A stretch of DNA of 64,000 bases from a bacterium (GTDB taxonomy: Bacteria; UBA8248; JACPRG01; G963555815): positions 640,001-704,000 of the forward strand of contig CBDHDG010000004.1 of assembly GCA_965261595.1 (NCBI GenBank), in the 5' to 3' direction. Below the pieces are notes generated by a model, which had not been told where the DNA came from, made no database searches, and worked only from the letters and a program-made list of their open reading frames with translations. Position 1 is the stretch's first letter. Each line of letters opens with the position of its first letter. The translations under genes and the position numbers were made by a program. This document shows positions 21,325 through 30,600 of the stretch, in pieces.

Positions 21325-21906
21325 CTACTTCCCGAGGGCCTCCAGGACCGCGTCGGTCGAATCGACTCCATGAATCGTCCGGCCGTCGACAACGTAAGTG
21401 GGCACCCCTTCGACGCCGAGGCGCTCCCCGTTTCTTCTCAGCTCGTCCAGCTCACCGGCGTAGGTTTCGCGCTCCAGGGCGCCTGCCAGCGCCTTTCCTT
21501 CCAGACCGACCTTTTCGCCCAATTCAACCAACACACCGGGGTCCGCGATGTCCCGGTCCTCATGATAACGGGCGTGATAGACGGCGTCCCGGAAGGGTTC
21601 CATCAAGGCGTAATCGCGGGCAAAGAGGGTCGCCTGATGAGCGAGACGGGTCCGGCATTTTTTCTGGGGGAAGATGAGCGTCATCCCGTAATTCGAGGCC
21701 AACGCCTGGTGCTTCACCAGACGCTCCTCCGCCTGCTCCGGCGTCGATTCAAGGAAAGCGACCCCGACGGGCCGTCCCTCCCAGGGCGTCCAGTTCACCT
21801 TGACGCCGCCTTCTTTCTCGACCTTCGCCATTCCACCGATGGCGATATAGCAAAACGGTCACGTGTAATCGGCGAACAGCAAGATCTCCCTTCGCGCGTC
21901 GGTCAT
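21325..21906 (-). CDS. DsbA/FrnE-like thioredoxin-fold selenoprotein (193 aa, UxxC, UGA at 21859-21861)
   Basis: MTDARREILLFADYT-U-PFCYI, in frame with ORF 21325..21831, which has GVEGVPTYVV (cis-Pro loop) but lacks a CxxC; GGAGG RBS upstream of ATG 21906. Confidence 0.88.
21826..21858 (-). promoter_or_regulatory. Bacterial SECIS-like hairpin
   Basis: On the minus strand CGCCAT-CGGTGGA-ATGGCG; first loop G about 22 nt after the UGA. Confidence 0.65.
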
Positions 21907-22086
21907 TCTTAAATCCTCCCGCGGTTTGGTCCGCTCTTTCCATATCAACGGCTTCGCGCTTGATTTTACTGCGGAAAGCGGATGGTTTTCAATGGCGAGG
22001 GCGCGCTGTTCTCTTCCTAATCCCCCGCTCTAGGGTTTTGTTGGACACTCGATTGATCCATGATTCATGGAGAAAGGGGTGTCGCG

Positions 22087-22473
22087 ATGAACGAACAAAA
22101 GCAAGAGGGGGCTTTGGCGGAGGGCGCCCGTAGGGCGAACGGAGCCAAGGCCCCAGGGCATCGCAGTGAGCGGGGTCGGTTCTCCTGCCAGCGCAAGCGG
22201 GAGGCGGTCCTGCGTCTTTTGCGGTGCGAGAGCCTGGAGACGCTCTGCCGCGAGTTGGGCACGACAGCGGCTCGGCTTTCCGCCTGGCGCGAGGCGTTCC
22301 TTCGCGGGGGCGAGGCGGCGCTCAAAGCCCGCCCGGCGGATGAGCGGGACGAGGAGAACGCCCGGCTCAAGGCCAAGGTGGGCGAACTCACGATGGAGGG
22401 CGAGGTCCTGCGGGAGAAGATCGACCGCCTGGAGGCCGGCCGCCCTTTAGCCGGCAGGAGGTGGAGGCGATGA
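22087..22473 (+). CDS. IS3-family transposase OrfA (HTH)
   Basis: KREAVLRLL...LSAWR...G...LK...LKAKVGELTME; the stop overlaps the OrfB start (ATGA). Confidence 0.85.
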   Translation: MNEQKQEGALAEGARRANGAKAPGHRSERGRFSCQRKREAVLRLLRCESLETLCRELGTTAARLSAWREAFLRGGEAALKARPADERDEENARLKAKVGELTMEGEVLREKIDRLEAGRPLAGRRWRR

Positions 22474-23378
22474 GTCAGGCCCGCTTCACCTCCACGGGCA
22501 GAGCCTACGGCCTGAAGCGGGTGTGCGCCCTTTGGGGCTTGGCGCGCTCCACGGTCTACGCGCAACGGCGGCGAGAGGCGGTCCCCGTTCATGAACGCCC
22601 CACGCCCAATAAGCGCGGCCCTGTGGGCCCGTGCACCGATGCGGAACTCCTCGGTCACATCCGGCAGGTCCTGGAGGACTCTCCCTTCCATGGCGAGGGC
22701 TACCGCAAGGTGTGGGCGAGGCTGCGCTTCGCGGGCATCCGCACCAGCAAGGAGCGGGTGCGTCGCCTGATGCGGGAGGCGGGGCTTCAGGCCCCCCACC
22801 GGGTGGGCAAACCCCGAGGTCCCAAGGCCCACAACGGGACCATCCGCACCGAGCGGCCCGACCGAATGTGGGGCACGGACATGACGACGACGGTGACCAC
22901 CGAGGAGGGGATGGCCTCGGTGTTCGTGGCGGTGGATCACTGTTCGGTGGACTGCGTGGGGATCCATGCGGCCAAGAGCGGCAACCGCTTCGAGGCCCTG
23001 GAGCCGATCCGGCAGGGGGTCGCCGAGCGCTTCGCCGGCTTGGAGGCGGACGTCGCCGAGGGGCTTAAAGTTCGTCACGACCACGGCCCCGCCTATCTGT
23101 CCGATGACTTTCAGCGGGAGATCGCCTACCTGGGCATGACCAGTTCGCCCAGCTTCGTGCGGGCGCCCGAGGGAAATGGCTACTGTGAGTGGTTCATCCG
23201 CATCTTGAAGGAGAATCTCCTGTGGGTGCGCTCTTTCGCCACCGTAGAGGAACTGCGGTGGGCGCTGCTTGAGTTCAAGAACCTGTACAACCATCATTGG
23301 ATTCTCGAGGGCTACGGCTACCGAACGCCGGCCCAGGCAAGGCAGGAAAAACTCGCTCAAGTTGCGGAGGCCGCATGA
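22470..23378 (+). CDS. IS3-family transposase OrfB (DDE integrase core)
   Basis: GYRKVWARL, WGTDMT, HDHGPAY, EGNGYCEWFIRILKE. Confidence 0.9.
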   Translation: MSQARFTSTGRAYGLKRVCALWGLARSTVYAQRRREAVPVHERPTPNKRGPVGPCTDAELLGHIRQVLEDSPFHGEGYRKVWARLRFAGIRTSKERVRRLMREAGLQAPHRVGKPRGPKAHNGTIRTERPDRMWGTDMTTTVTTEEGMASVFVAVDHCSVDCVGIHAAKSGNRFEALEPIRQGVAERFAGLEADVAEGLKVRHDHGPAYLSDDFQREIAYLGMTSSPSFVRAPEGNGYCEWFIRILKENLLWVRSFATVEELRWALLEFKNLYNHHWILEGYGYRTPAQARQEKLAQVAEAA

Positions 23379-23700
23379 GGTCGAATACCCTCACCCGAGT
23401 GTCCAATAACCCAGGGGCGGTCCACTAAGGTCCACAGCGATGGGGTTTTTTGCAAATGAAAAAGGAGCGCAGGATCTCACTTTCTTGATGTATTTAAGGT
23501 TGCCACCATGAGGGATCAGTCGTTAGAACGGCGGACGATATTTCGTCAGTCAGGACGAGCCGTTGAAACCCCATTCGACCGGATGGGGCGAGGGTGAAGT
23601 TTGAGTTTGTGAATCCTCTCCGCCCTTAGGGAGAGGATTCGGTTGGGGGTGGATCGGAATTTCCGAATAGGAGGGACCAGCAATGAAGAAGGGACCAGCA

Positions 23701-24699
23701 ATGAAGAAAGGGTTGTCAATCGCGATCATGAGCGCGGGGCTGATGATTTGGGCGTGGGGTGGATCCGCCGCGGCCCAGAAAAAAGCCGTCTGGCTCCTGG
23801 ACTGGGTTTATTACAGCGAGCACGTTCCGTTCTTTGCGGCGAAAGACTTTGGTTTCCTGAAGAAAGAAGGTCTGGATTTGGAGATCAAGCGTGGCTTCGG
23901 ATCCGGTGATACGATCAAACGCATCGGGAATAAGGTGGCGCCCTTTGGCCTCGCCGACTCGGGTTCGATGATCATCGCACGTTCCCGCGGGGTGTTGGTG
24001 AAGCAAGTCGCGATGTACTACGCGAAGAGCCCGATGGTCCTGTGGTATCTGAAAGAGAAGGGATACAAGACCCCCCGGGACATCATGGGGAAGCGTATCG
24101 GAGGGCCGCAGGGCGACTCGGTCAAGAGGGTCTTCCCCGCCTTCGCAAACGCCAACGGCCTGAGCCCCAAGCAAGTGACCTGGATCACAATGGGCTATGG
24201 GGCCATCTCCCCGAGCGTTCTCACGGGAAAGATCGACTTCGCCCCCACGTACTATGACGCCTCGGTCACTTTAGACCTGAAAGCCAGGAAACTCGGCAAG
24301 GAAGGCGCGGTCTTCCGCTACAGCGAGTGGGGGGTGGACATCTACGCTAACGGCCTGATCGTCCACGACGACCTGATCAAGGAAAACCCCGGCATCGTCC
24401 GGCGGTTCGTCAAGGCGAACATCGAGGCATGGGGCCACTGTTTCATTTACGTGGAAAAGTGCATGAAGAATTTCCTGAAACGCCAGCCCACCATGAACCC
24501 GGAGTTCCTGCGTCAGCAGTACATGCGGACACGGGCGATGAACATCGACAAAGGAGTGCTCCAGCACGGCTTCGGCTACATGGACCGGGCGAAAATGGAC
24601 CGCACTATCGACATCATGACCAAGCACACGCCGCTCAAGGTCCGTGTGAAAACGGAAGACGTCTATACGAACAAATTTCTCCCGCAATTGGCGAAATGA
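23701..24699 (+). CDS. ABC transporter substrate-binding protein, NMT1/THI5/SsuA-like
   Basis: Signal peptide; LDW...H.PFFAAKDFGFLKKEGLDLEI..GFGSGD; alternative start at 23683. Confidence 0.85.
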   Translation: MKKGLSIAIMSAGLMIWAWGGSAAAQKKAVWLLDWVYYSEHVPFFAAKDFGFLKKEGLDLEIKRGFGSGDTIKRIGNKVAPFGLADSGSMIIARSRGVLVKQVAMYYAKSPMVLWYLKEKGYKTPRDIMGKRIGGPQGDSVKRVFPAFANANGLSPKQVTWITMGYGAISPSVLTGKIDFAPTYYDASVTLDLKARKLGKEGAVFRYSEWGVDIYANGLIVHDDLIKENPGIVRRFVKANIEAWGHCFIYVEKCMKNFLKRQPTMNPEFLRQQYMRTRAMNIDKGVLQHGFGYMDRAKMDRTIDIMTKHTPLKVRVKTEDVYTNKFLPQLAK

Positions 24700-25189
24700 C
24701 AAAGAATCCGGCCTCGGTCGAAGTGTTCGAGAATGGGATGAGTTGAAAGCCGAAGACACTTCGGCCGGTATCGGACCCGATCGGGATTCAGAAGGAGGCT
24801 CGGGCAGGGAGCCAATGCGACGGCACGACCTTGAAAGGCCGTCCAGCACGGTGCCACGGGGGGCGAATGGCTTGCGGCGTCGGACCCCGGAGAGTCGTCC
24901 GGGAACTTGCTTCGCCTCGGACGTCATCGTTGAGCCCCCGATCGCCGATCGGGCGGTTTGGACGGGAGAGAAAGGAGGCCAAAACCGCCGCTGGGGAGGA
25001 GGCATTTCAAAAGGTCCAAAAGGATGCCGAAAACACCTTGGGCGGCTTGGCATCCGCGCGAAATCCCGTTCGCCCGTTCATTGAGCAGAAGAATATTCAT
25101 CGGTGGAGGAATGCTGAGCTCTTGGCATTCCCGGCTGACGAGATCTTTTTTGAAGGAGGTCAACCGGGGTATCCACGAAGGAGCATGGA

Positions 25190-26587
25190 ATGGCCGAGGC
25201 AGTCGACATCCTCATTGAGAAGGGGACCATACTCACCCTGGACCCCGAAAGGCGGATCCTCACCGACGGGGCCATTGCCATCCGCGGAGACCGAATTGCC
25301 GCCATCGGCAAGACGGCTGAGATCAAGAAAGGCTTCGAGGGCAGGAAGACCATCGACGCCTCCTCCCGCCTGGTCATGCCCGGACTGGTGGACGGCCACT
25401 CCCACCTCATCGAGATCGCCCGCGGCCTGATCCCCGACACCCTGAAAACCAGCGATTGGCTCAAGTTCTGGTGCTATCCCTACCTCGCCGCCATCACGGA
25501 GGAGGACGAGTACTGGTATTCGAAGTGCCTCATCGCCGAGATGATCCGATCCGGCACCACCTGTTTCGCCGAGCCGGGCTGCAAGTTCCTTCCCACGACG
25601 CTGAAGGCGATCGAAGAAAGCGGCATCCGCGCCACGACGGGGAGCTGGGTTTGGGATCACGCCGGTCCGGATGGACACAAGTGCCCCGATTATTTCCTCA
25701 AGATGAGCCTCAAAGAGGCCCTCGACCTCACCGATCACAACCTCAAGACCTACCAGGGCGCAGCCGACGGCCGGGTGAAGGTATTCGCCACCATCGAAGG
25801 CGTGGGCACCTGCTCTGACGACCTGATGCTGGGCGCAAAGGAGCTGGCCGACCGCTACGACACGTTCACGCTGATGCACAAGGCGAGCTCGCGGGAAGAG
25901 GTCGAAAGCGAAGTCAAGGCCACCGGCGACAGGCCGGTCGAACACATGTACAAAATCGGCGTTTTGGGCCCCAACGTCTACCTCAACCACATGACGGCCG
26001 TGGAGTCGTTCGAGGTGGACATGCTGGCCGAGACGGACACCAAAGTCTGCCAGAATCCGCCCGCCGCGCTCAAGCTCGCCAAGGGAACCACCCGAATGGG
26101 GAAATTCCTGGAGATGAAGGCCAAGGGGGTGAACGTGGCGCTGGGTTGCGACGGCGTCAACTCGGCCGATCACAAAGACATGTTCCGGGCCATGTACCTG
26201 GCCGCGACGCTTCCAAAGGACGCACGGGTGGACCCGGAGGTCATCACGGCGGAGGATGTGATCGAGATGGCCACGCTGAACGGCCACCGGGCCATCGGCT
26301 GGGAAAAGGAGCTGGGCTCCTTGGAGCCGGGCAGGAAGGCCGACCTCATCCTGATCGACATCGACCGCCCCGAATGGGTGCCGACCTATAACTGGGTCTA
26401 CAGCCTGGTCTATACCGCCAGCGGAGACAGCGTGGACACGACGATTGTGGACGGCCGGATCCTCATGGAAAACCGGGAGCTCAAGACCCTCGACCTGGAT
26501 GAGGTCTGCGTCAAATGCCGGGAGCTGGCCCCGAAGCTCATCGAGCGGGCGAACGTCAAACCGAAATCGCGCTGGCCCATCGTCTGA
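25190..26587 (+). CDS. Metal-dependent amidohydrolase (MTA/SAH deaminase, SsnA-like)
   Basis: MPGLVDGHSH, SGTT, MH, NHM, LGCDG, ATLNG, GSLEPGRKADL. Confidence 0.9.
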   Translation: MAEAVDILIEKGTILTLDPERRILTDGAIAIRGDRIAAIGKTAEIKKGFEGRKTIDASSRLVMPGLVDGHSHLIEIARGLIPDTLKTSDWLKFWCYPYLAAITEEDEYWYSKCLIAEMIRSGTTCFAEPGCKFLPTTLKAIEESGIRATTGSWVWDHAGPDGHKCPDYFLKMSLKEALDLTDHNLKTYQGAADGRVKVFATIEGVGTCSDDLMLGAKELADRYDTFTLMHKASSREEVESEVKATGDRPVEHMYKIGVLGPNVYLNHMTAVESFEVDMLAETDTKVCQNPPAALKLAKGTTRMGKFLEMKAKGVNVALGCDGVNSADHKDMFRAMYLAATLPKDARVDPEVITAEDVIEMATLNGHRAIGWEKELGSLEPGRKADLILIDIDRPEWVPTYNWVYSLVYTASGDSVDTTIVDGRILMENRELKTLDLDEVCVKCRELAPKLIERANVKPKSRWPIV

Positions 26588-26691
26588 CCGGCGGGGCGAG
26601 GGTGGAAATAGGGGGGGGAGCGGACCCATGATCTCCTGTCTCCCTTCGGGAAAAGGCCCGGAAGGCTCACCGTTTTGGGAGGAGTGAATTC

Positions 26692-27448
26692 ATGCGGATG
26701 CTCGACCTCAGCATCACCTTGGAAAGCGACCCCAGCCCTCTCATGAACGTGGAAATCAAGTGCCTCGACCACAAGCACGGAACCGAGGAATACAACAAGA
26801 TGGGGATCAAGACGGAAGATCTCCCGCTCGGCCTGACGTACGCGGACGACGAAGTGGAAAGCACGACCCACGGCGGGACCCATATGGACTCCCCCTGGCA
26901 TTTTCACCCCACCTGCGCGGGAAAACCCGCCCGGACCATCGACGAGATCCCGATCGACTGGTGCTTCGGGGAGGGGATCTGCCTGGATTTCCATGACCGC
27001 CCGAACGGGATGCGCCTGGAGATCGAAGACATCCGGAACAAGCTGAACGAGGCGGGCGTGACGCTGAAGCCGGGCAACATCGTCTTGTTCTACACCGGCG
27101 CGATGCACGCCTGGGAGAGAGAGGATTTCTGGGAAACGGGTTGCGGGCCCGGCCGGGACGCCACGCTCTGGATGATCGACCAGGGAATCCACGTGATGGG
27201 CACGGACGCCTGGAGCTTTGACCGCCCGTACAAGTACTGGCATCGCCGATTACAAAGAAACGGGCGACAAGTCCCTCATCTGGGAGGCCCATCTGGCCGG
27301 GATCGAGAAGGAATATTGCCACCTGGAGAAACTGACCAATCTCGACCAGCTCCCGCCCTCGGGCTTCAAAGTGGCCTGTTTTCCCATCAAGATCAAAAAG
27401 GCAAGCGCGGGGTTTGTGCGGGTCGTGGCCATGTTCGAGGACGAATAG
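26692..27448 (+). CDS. Cyclase family protein (kynurenine formamidase-like), +1 frameshift near 27241
   Basis: HGGTHMDSPWHF, GTDAWSFD; continues in another frame as WEAH...HLEKLTNLDQLP...FPIKIKKASAGFVRVVA. Confidence 0.85.
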
Positions 27449-27494
27449 GCCGCGATCCCCGCAAGTTGCGCGCCGCGTGGAGGTCGGTTCGCAG

Positions 27495-28652
27495 TCACCC
27501 GGGGCGCGCGGACAGGACCCGCTCGGGGACGCAGACGAGCCCTTCCATCAGCCGGCGGGCCGTTCGAATCACGGTGGCCTTCAAAAGCTCGCCGTCCTTG
27601 ACCTCCGCCTCCACCTCGATGACCCCCGCCGGATGGCCGATGCGGAGGGTTCGGGGAACCTCGCCCCGGGCCTCCCGGACGATGCGGTTCACGAGGGTTC
27701 CCTCGATGTAAGCCGCCGCGGCCGTGCAGATGGCGCCGGTCAGCGCGTACGCCCGGTGGGCCCGGCCCATCGAGAGCATCCGGCCCCGGAGGTCGTGACC
27801 CTCGGCCGTGATGGTCTCCCCCGAAGAGGCCGTATAATCGGCGGGCGGAGCCACCACCGCCACTTTGGGGATGGCCGGGCTTTCCGCCCGCGCGCGGACC
27901 GGGTCCATCACGAACCCGAGCTTGAAGGCGATCTCCCCCCGGATCCGCTCGAGCCGAGCCAGGACAACCTGGGCCGCCTCCATCTCCTCGGCCGTCTCCG
28001 AGCCCGTCCAGCCCACCGCCTCCGCCTCCACGAAGAACAAAGGGTTGGCGGCGTCCACAACAGAGAGGGCGAACGTCCCGTATTCGCCGATTTCGACCTC
28101 ATCGAGGGGCTTCCCAGTGGGAAGCAGCTTCCCCGTCACCGCCCCGCTGGCCCCGATGAATCCGACACGGATGGGCGCGGCCGTTCCGGGCACGCCGGGG
28201 ATGACCGTGTCTCCCCCCTCCAGAGGCGCCCCGTCCTCCACGGGTACGTCGAACTCGATGACCTTCTTCGTATTGGTGTTGAGGACGCGGACGCGTGTGA
28301 CGGGCGCCCGGGGCTCGACCCACCCATCTTCCACGGCGAACAGGCCGACGGCGGAGGAGATGTTGCCGCAGTTGTTTCGCCAATCGACGAAGGGCTGATC
28401 CAAGGAGACCTGGGCGAAGGTGTAGTCGACGTCGATGCCCTCATCACCGGAGGGCGCGACGATGGCGCACTTGCTCGTGAGGGGGTCTGCCCCGCCGAGG
28501 CCGTCGATCTGCCGGGCGTCGGGGCTTCCGAACGCGGCGAGGAGGATGCGATCCCGGCTCTCCCGGTCCTCGGGCAGGTCCTCTTCCTTGAAAAAGAGCG
28601 CCTTGCTCGTCCCGCCCCGCATGACGACGCAGGGGATCTTCACTTGCGACAT
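27495..28652 (-). CDS. PrpF-family isomerase (2-methylaconitate / 4-oxalomesaconate tautomerase-like)
   Basis: MRGGTSK, QIDGLGG...TSK, NCGNISSAVG, MLSMGRAH, GHPAG, RTARRLMEG. Confidence 0.9.
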   Translation of the reverse strand: MSQVKIPCVVMRGGTSKALFFKEEDLPEDRESRDRILLAAFGSPDARQIDGLGGADPLTSKCAIVAPSGDEGIDVDYTFAQVSLDQPFVDWRNNCGNISSAVGLFAVEDGWVEPRAPVTRVRVLNTNTKKVIEFDVPVEDGAPLEGGDTVIPGVPGTAAPIRVGFIGASGAVTGKLLPTGKPLDEVEIGEYGTFALSVVDAANPLFFVEAEAVGWTGSETAEEMEAAQVVLARLERIRGEIAFKLGFVMDPVRARAESPAIPKVAVVAPPADYTASSGETITAEGHDLRGRMLSMGRAHRAYALTGAICTAAAAYIEGTLVNRIVREARGEVPRTLRIGHPAGVIEVEAEVKDGELLKATVIRTARRLMEGLVCVPERVLSARPG

Positions 28653-28832
28653 CGATTCCTCCCGGCTTTTTATTTTGGCTAATCTGTGCTACTAGGCACC
28701 CTTCCTCACAGGCTTGATAAACCTCTTGACCGAATCACGATCTGTCGTCTGCCCAGGTTGCAATTGCCCTGGTGAGGGCGTTCGGTTTTGGGAAACTTCA
28801 GGGACCGGTTCAGGTCCTTCTGGAGCACTTGG

Positions 28833-29357
28833 TTAGCTGTTGCACAACAAAGATTCCTCTTTTGCGCGACGCTCGTCATTTGGGTCTGGCTGTGAGTCAA
28901 ACGTGCGGAGCCACTCAACATAATCGGCTGGCAACCTGTGCTCGATGGCACCAGCAATGACGAGTTCTTTGTACCGGTGGTATGGTCGCAAAGCAGGCTC
29001 TTTCTTGGTAGCAACGTATGTAATTGCTTCGCGCTCCTCTCCGTTCGGCGTGACCACCCGAACGCGTTCTTCTCGATAGCCTTTTCCAAGCCCATCAGCG
29101 CAGTCGAGGTTGCGCTTATCAGCGCAAGATACCTTGAAAAGCACCCCATAAACCCGGTCAGTTGAATTTGCCGTGCTCTCAATATCGCACTTACCCGAGC
29201 CATCACTACTCACCTTGTCGAAAGCGAGCCTGCGGCTCGCAACGTACCCAGTTCCGATGTCAACTGCCGAAGGTGCGCGACCTTTCGCCTTGAGGCGACG
29301 AGAAAACATGTTGGAACCGTATGCGAAATAAACAAACGTGCCAGTTGCATCGGACAT
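28833..29357 (-). CDS. Gamma-glutamylcyclotransferase family protein
   Basis: YFAYGSNM motif, VYGVLF, GAIEH.LP.DYV; visibly lower GC than its flanks. Confidence 0.85.
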   Translation of the reverse strand: MSDATGTFVYFAYGSNMFSRRLKAKGRAPSAVDIGTGYVASRRLAFDKVSSDGSGKCDIESTANSTDRVYGVLFKVSCADKRNLDCADGLGKGYREERVRVVTPNGEEREAITYVATKKEPALRPYHRYKELVIAGAIEHRLPADYVEWLRTFDSQPDPNDERRAKEESLLCNS

Positions 29358-29627
29358 GGTTTCTTTGCACCTAACCCCGGATTTCGCATTTCAACCCAAA
29401 GATGTTGCCTCTTGATCCCCCGTTGTATGTAGAGCGGGATTTCCCATATCAAACTCTGGCGCTGCCCTTTCGCTTTTCATTCCCTGTGGAAGGCATTGAA
29501 TCTCCTTCCAGAATCCCTGTCAAGAGTTCGAGACCCGTAAACCAAGTGCTGAGGAGTATCTGCCACTGCAAGAAGACAGAGTTCTACCGCTAGGTGCGCG
29601 TTGCCGACTGACCTTGGCCTGCCCCCG

Positions 29628-29897
29628 CTACAGCCGAGCGATCAGATGGTCATACACTCCATGTGAACCAATCCAAAACGAGACCATCTCGTCACCCTCA
29701 CGAACGCCAAGCGCGCGGTATTTTCTGCTGATTCGGACGGAGTAGACGGGTCTTGTTGAATGAATCCGCTTGAAGCGCAAACCCGGATACTCTGGGTTCT
29801 CGGTGAAAAGTGCGTAAGCCGCTCGGGCTTGGCGCTGAACATCCTCCGGCAGTTGTTGAAATACCCTGCGGAAACGCGCCGTCGTCCGGGATCTCAC
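29628..29897 (-). CDS. RelE/ParE-superfamily toxin
   Basis: F...F..LP..VQ..A..AY.LF..NP.YPGL.FK....VYSVRI...YRALG.....FWIGSH..YD; GTG start overlaps the antitoxin stop. Confidence 0.8.
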   Translation of the reverse strand: MRSRTTARFRRVFQQLPEDVQRQARAAYALFTENPEYPGLRFKRIHSTRPVYSVRISRKYRALGVREGDEMVSFWIGSHGVYDHLIARL

Positions 29898-30112
29898 AAC
29901 TTCTCTGGGTCCAACTCTCGCGCGCCCCCTTCACGATACTCTGTGAGGGCCTCATCGGCCAACCTGCCCAGCGCTTCCTCGGACCTACCGTAGGACCCTG
30001 TCCACCGTCGCTCAGAAGCCAGCTCTTCCAGCAACCATTCGGCGAGCGCCTCCTGATCAGGCTCGGGAAGCTTTGATGCTTCGGCAAAGGCTTTTTGAAG
30101 AAGCTTTGTCAT
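29894..30112 (-). CDS. Putative antitoxin of the adjacent RelE-like toxin
   Basis: Short acidic protein MTKLLQKAFAEASKLP..QEALAEWLLEEL..E.RW...LADEAL.E, coupled by a GTGA overlap. Confidence 0.75.
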   Translation of the reverse strand: MTKLLQKAFAEASKLPEPDQEALAEWLLEELASERRWTGSYGRSEEALGRLADEALTEYREGGARELDPEKL

Positions 30113-30357
30113 TGCCAACTCCTCTTCACGACCCCTTCCACAGCGGACGTGATCCGCGAAGCATCTCAGATCGCCTCAGGTGGGCTTTCCTCAGACCTAC
30201 CTGGAAAGTGATTGTTTCTCAGCACGCCTGCTCTCTGTCTGCGATGCAGGTTGAGTCTGTATACACCGGAGCATAGAGACTTGACAGGTTCCATGTTTGC
30301 TTTCTTGCTCATAGAATCAGAATCAGCAAGCGCCCGGTTCTTGGGCGAGCGGAATGT

Positions 30358-30450
30358 CTAGAACCAACCCCGATATCCCACAGGTCGATCAACGACCTCC
30401 GCGATCCAGCGCCCGTCTCCTCCTTGTTCCATCTCAACCCTGAACGTCAT
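30358..30450 (-). pseudogene. Truncated HicB-like antitoxin fragment
   Basis: MTFRVEMEQGGDGRWIAEVVDRP resembles a HicB N-terminus, then stops after 30 aa. Confidence 0.5.
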
Positions 30451-30600
30451 CGCTCTTTGCCTCATTAACGAGAATCTATGCTTTTCTCTCCCGCTTGGGA
30501 AGACCTTTGCACGTTAAGAAAAGATTTCCGACCCGCCTCCTCCCAAGGTTCAAAAAGGCCGACCGAGCTTTATTGTCAAGATGGATATCATCACCGCCGT

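Larger units (their letters stand above)
22021..23424 (+). mobile_element. IS3-family insertion sequence, copy 1 (1404 bp), 4-bp target duplication CTAA
   Basis: Imperfect IRs TCCCCCGCTCTAGGGTTTTGTTGGACACTC and GAGTGTCCAATAACCCAGGGGCGGTCCA; CTAA at 22017-22020 and 23425-23428; near-identical to 58952-60355. Confidence 0.92.

Noticed and set aside
24700..25189. Long intergenic region with overlapping ORFs between the binding protein and the amidohydrolase
   Set aside because: No ORF has a convincing RBS or motif, and no known RNA motif was recognised.
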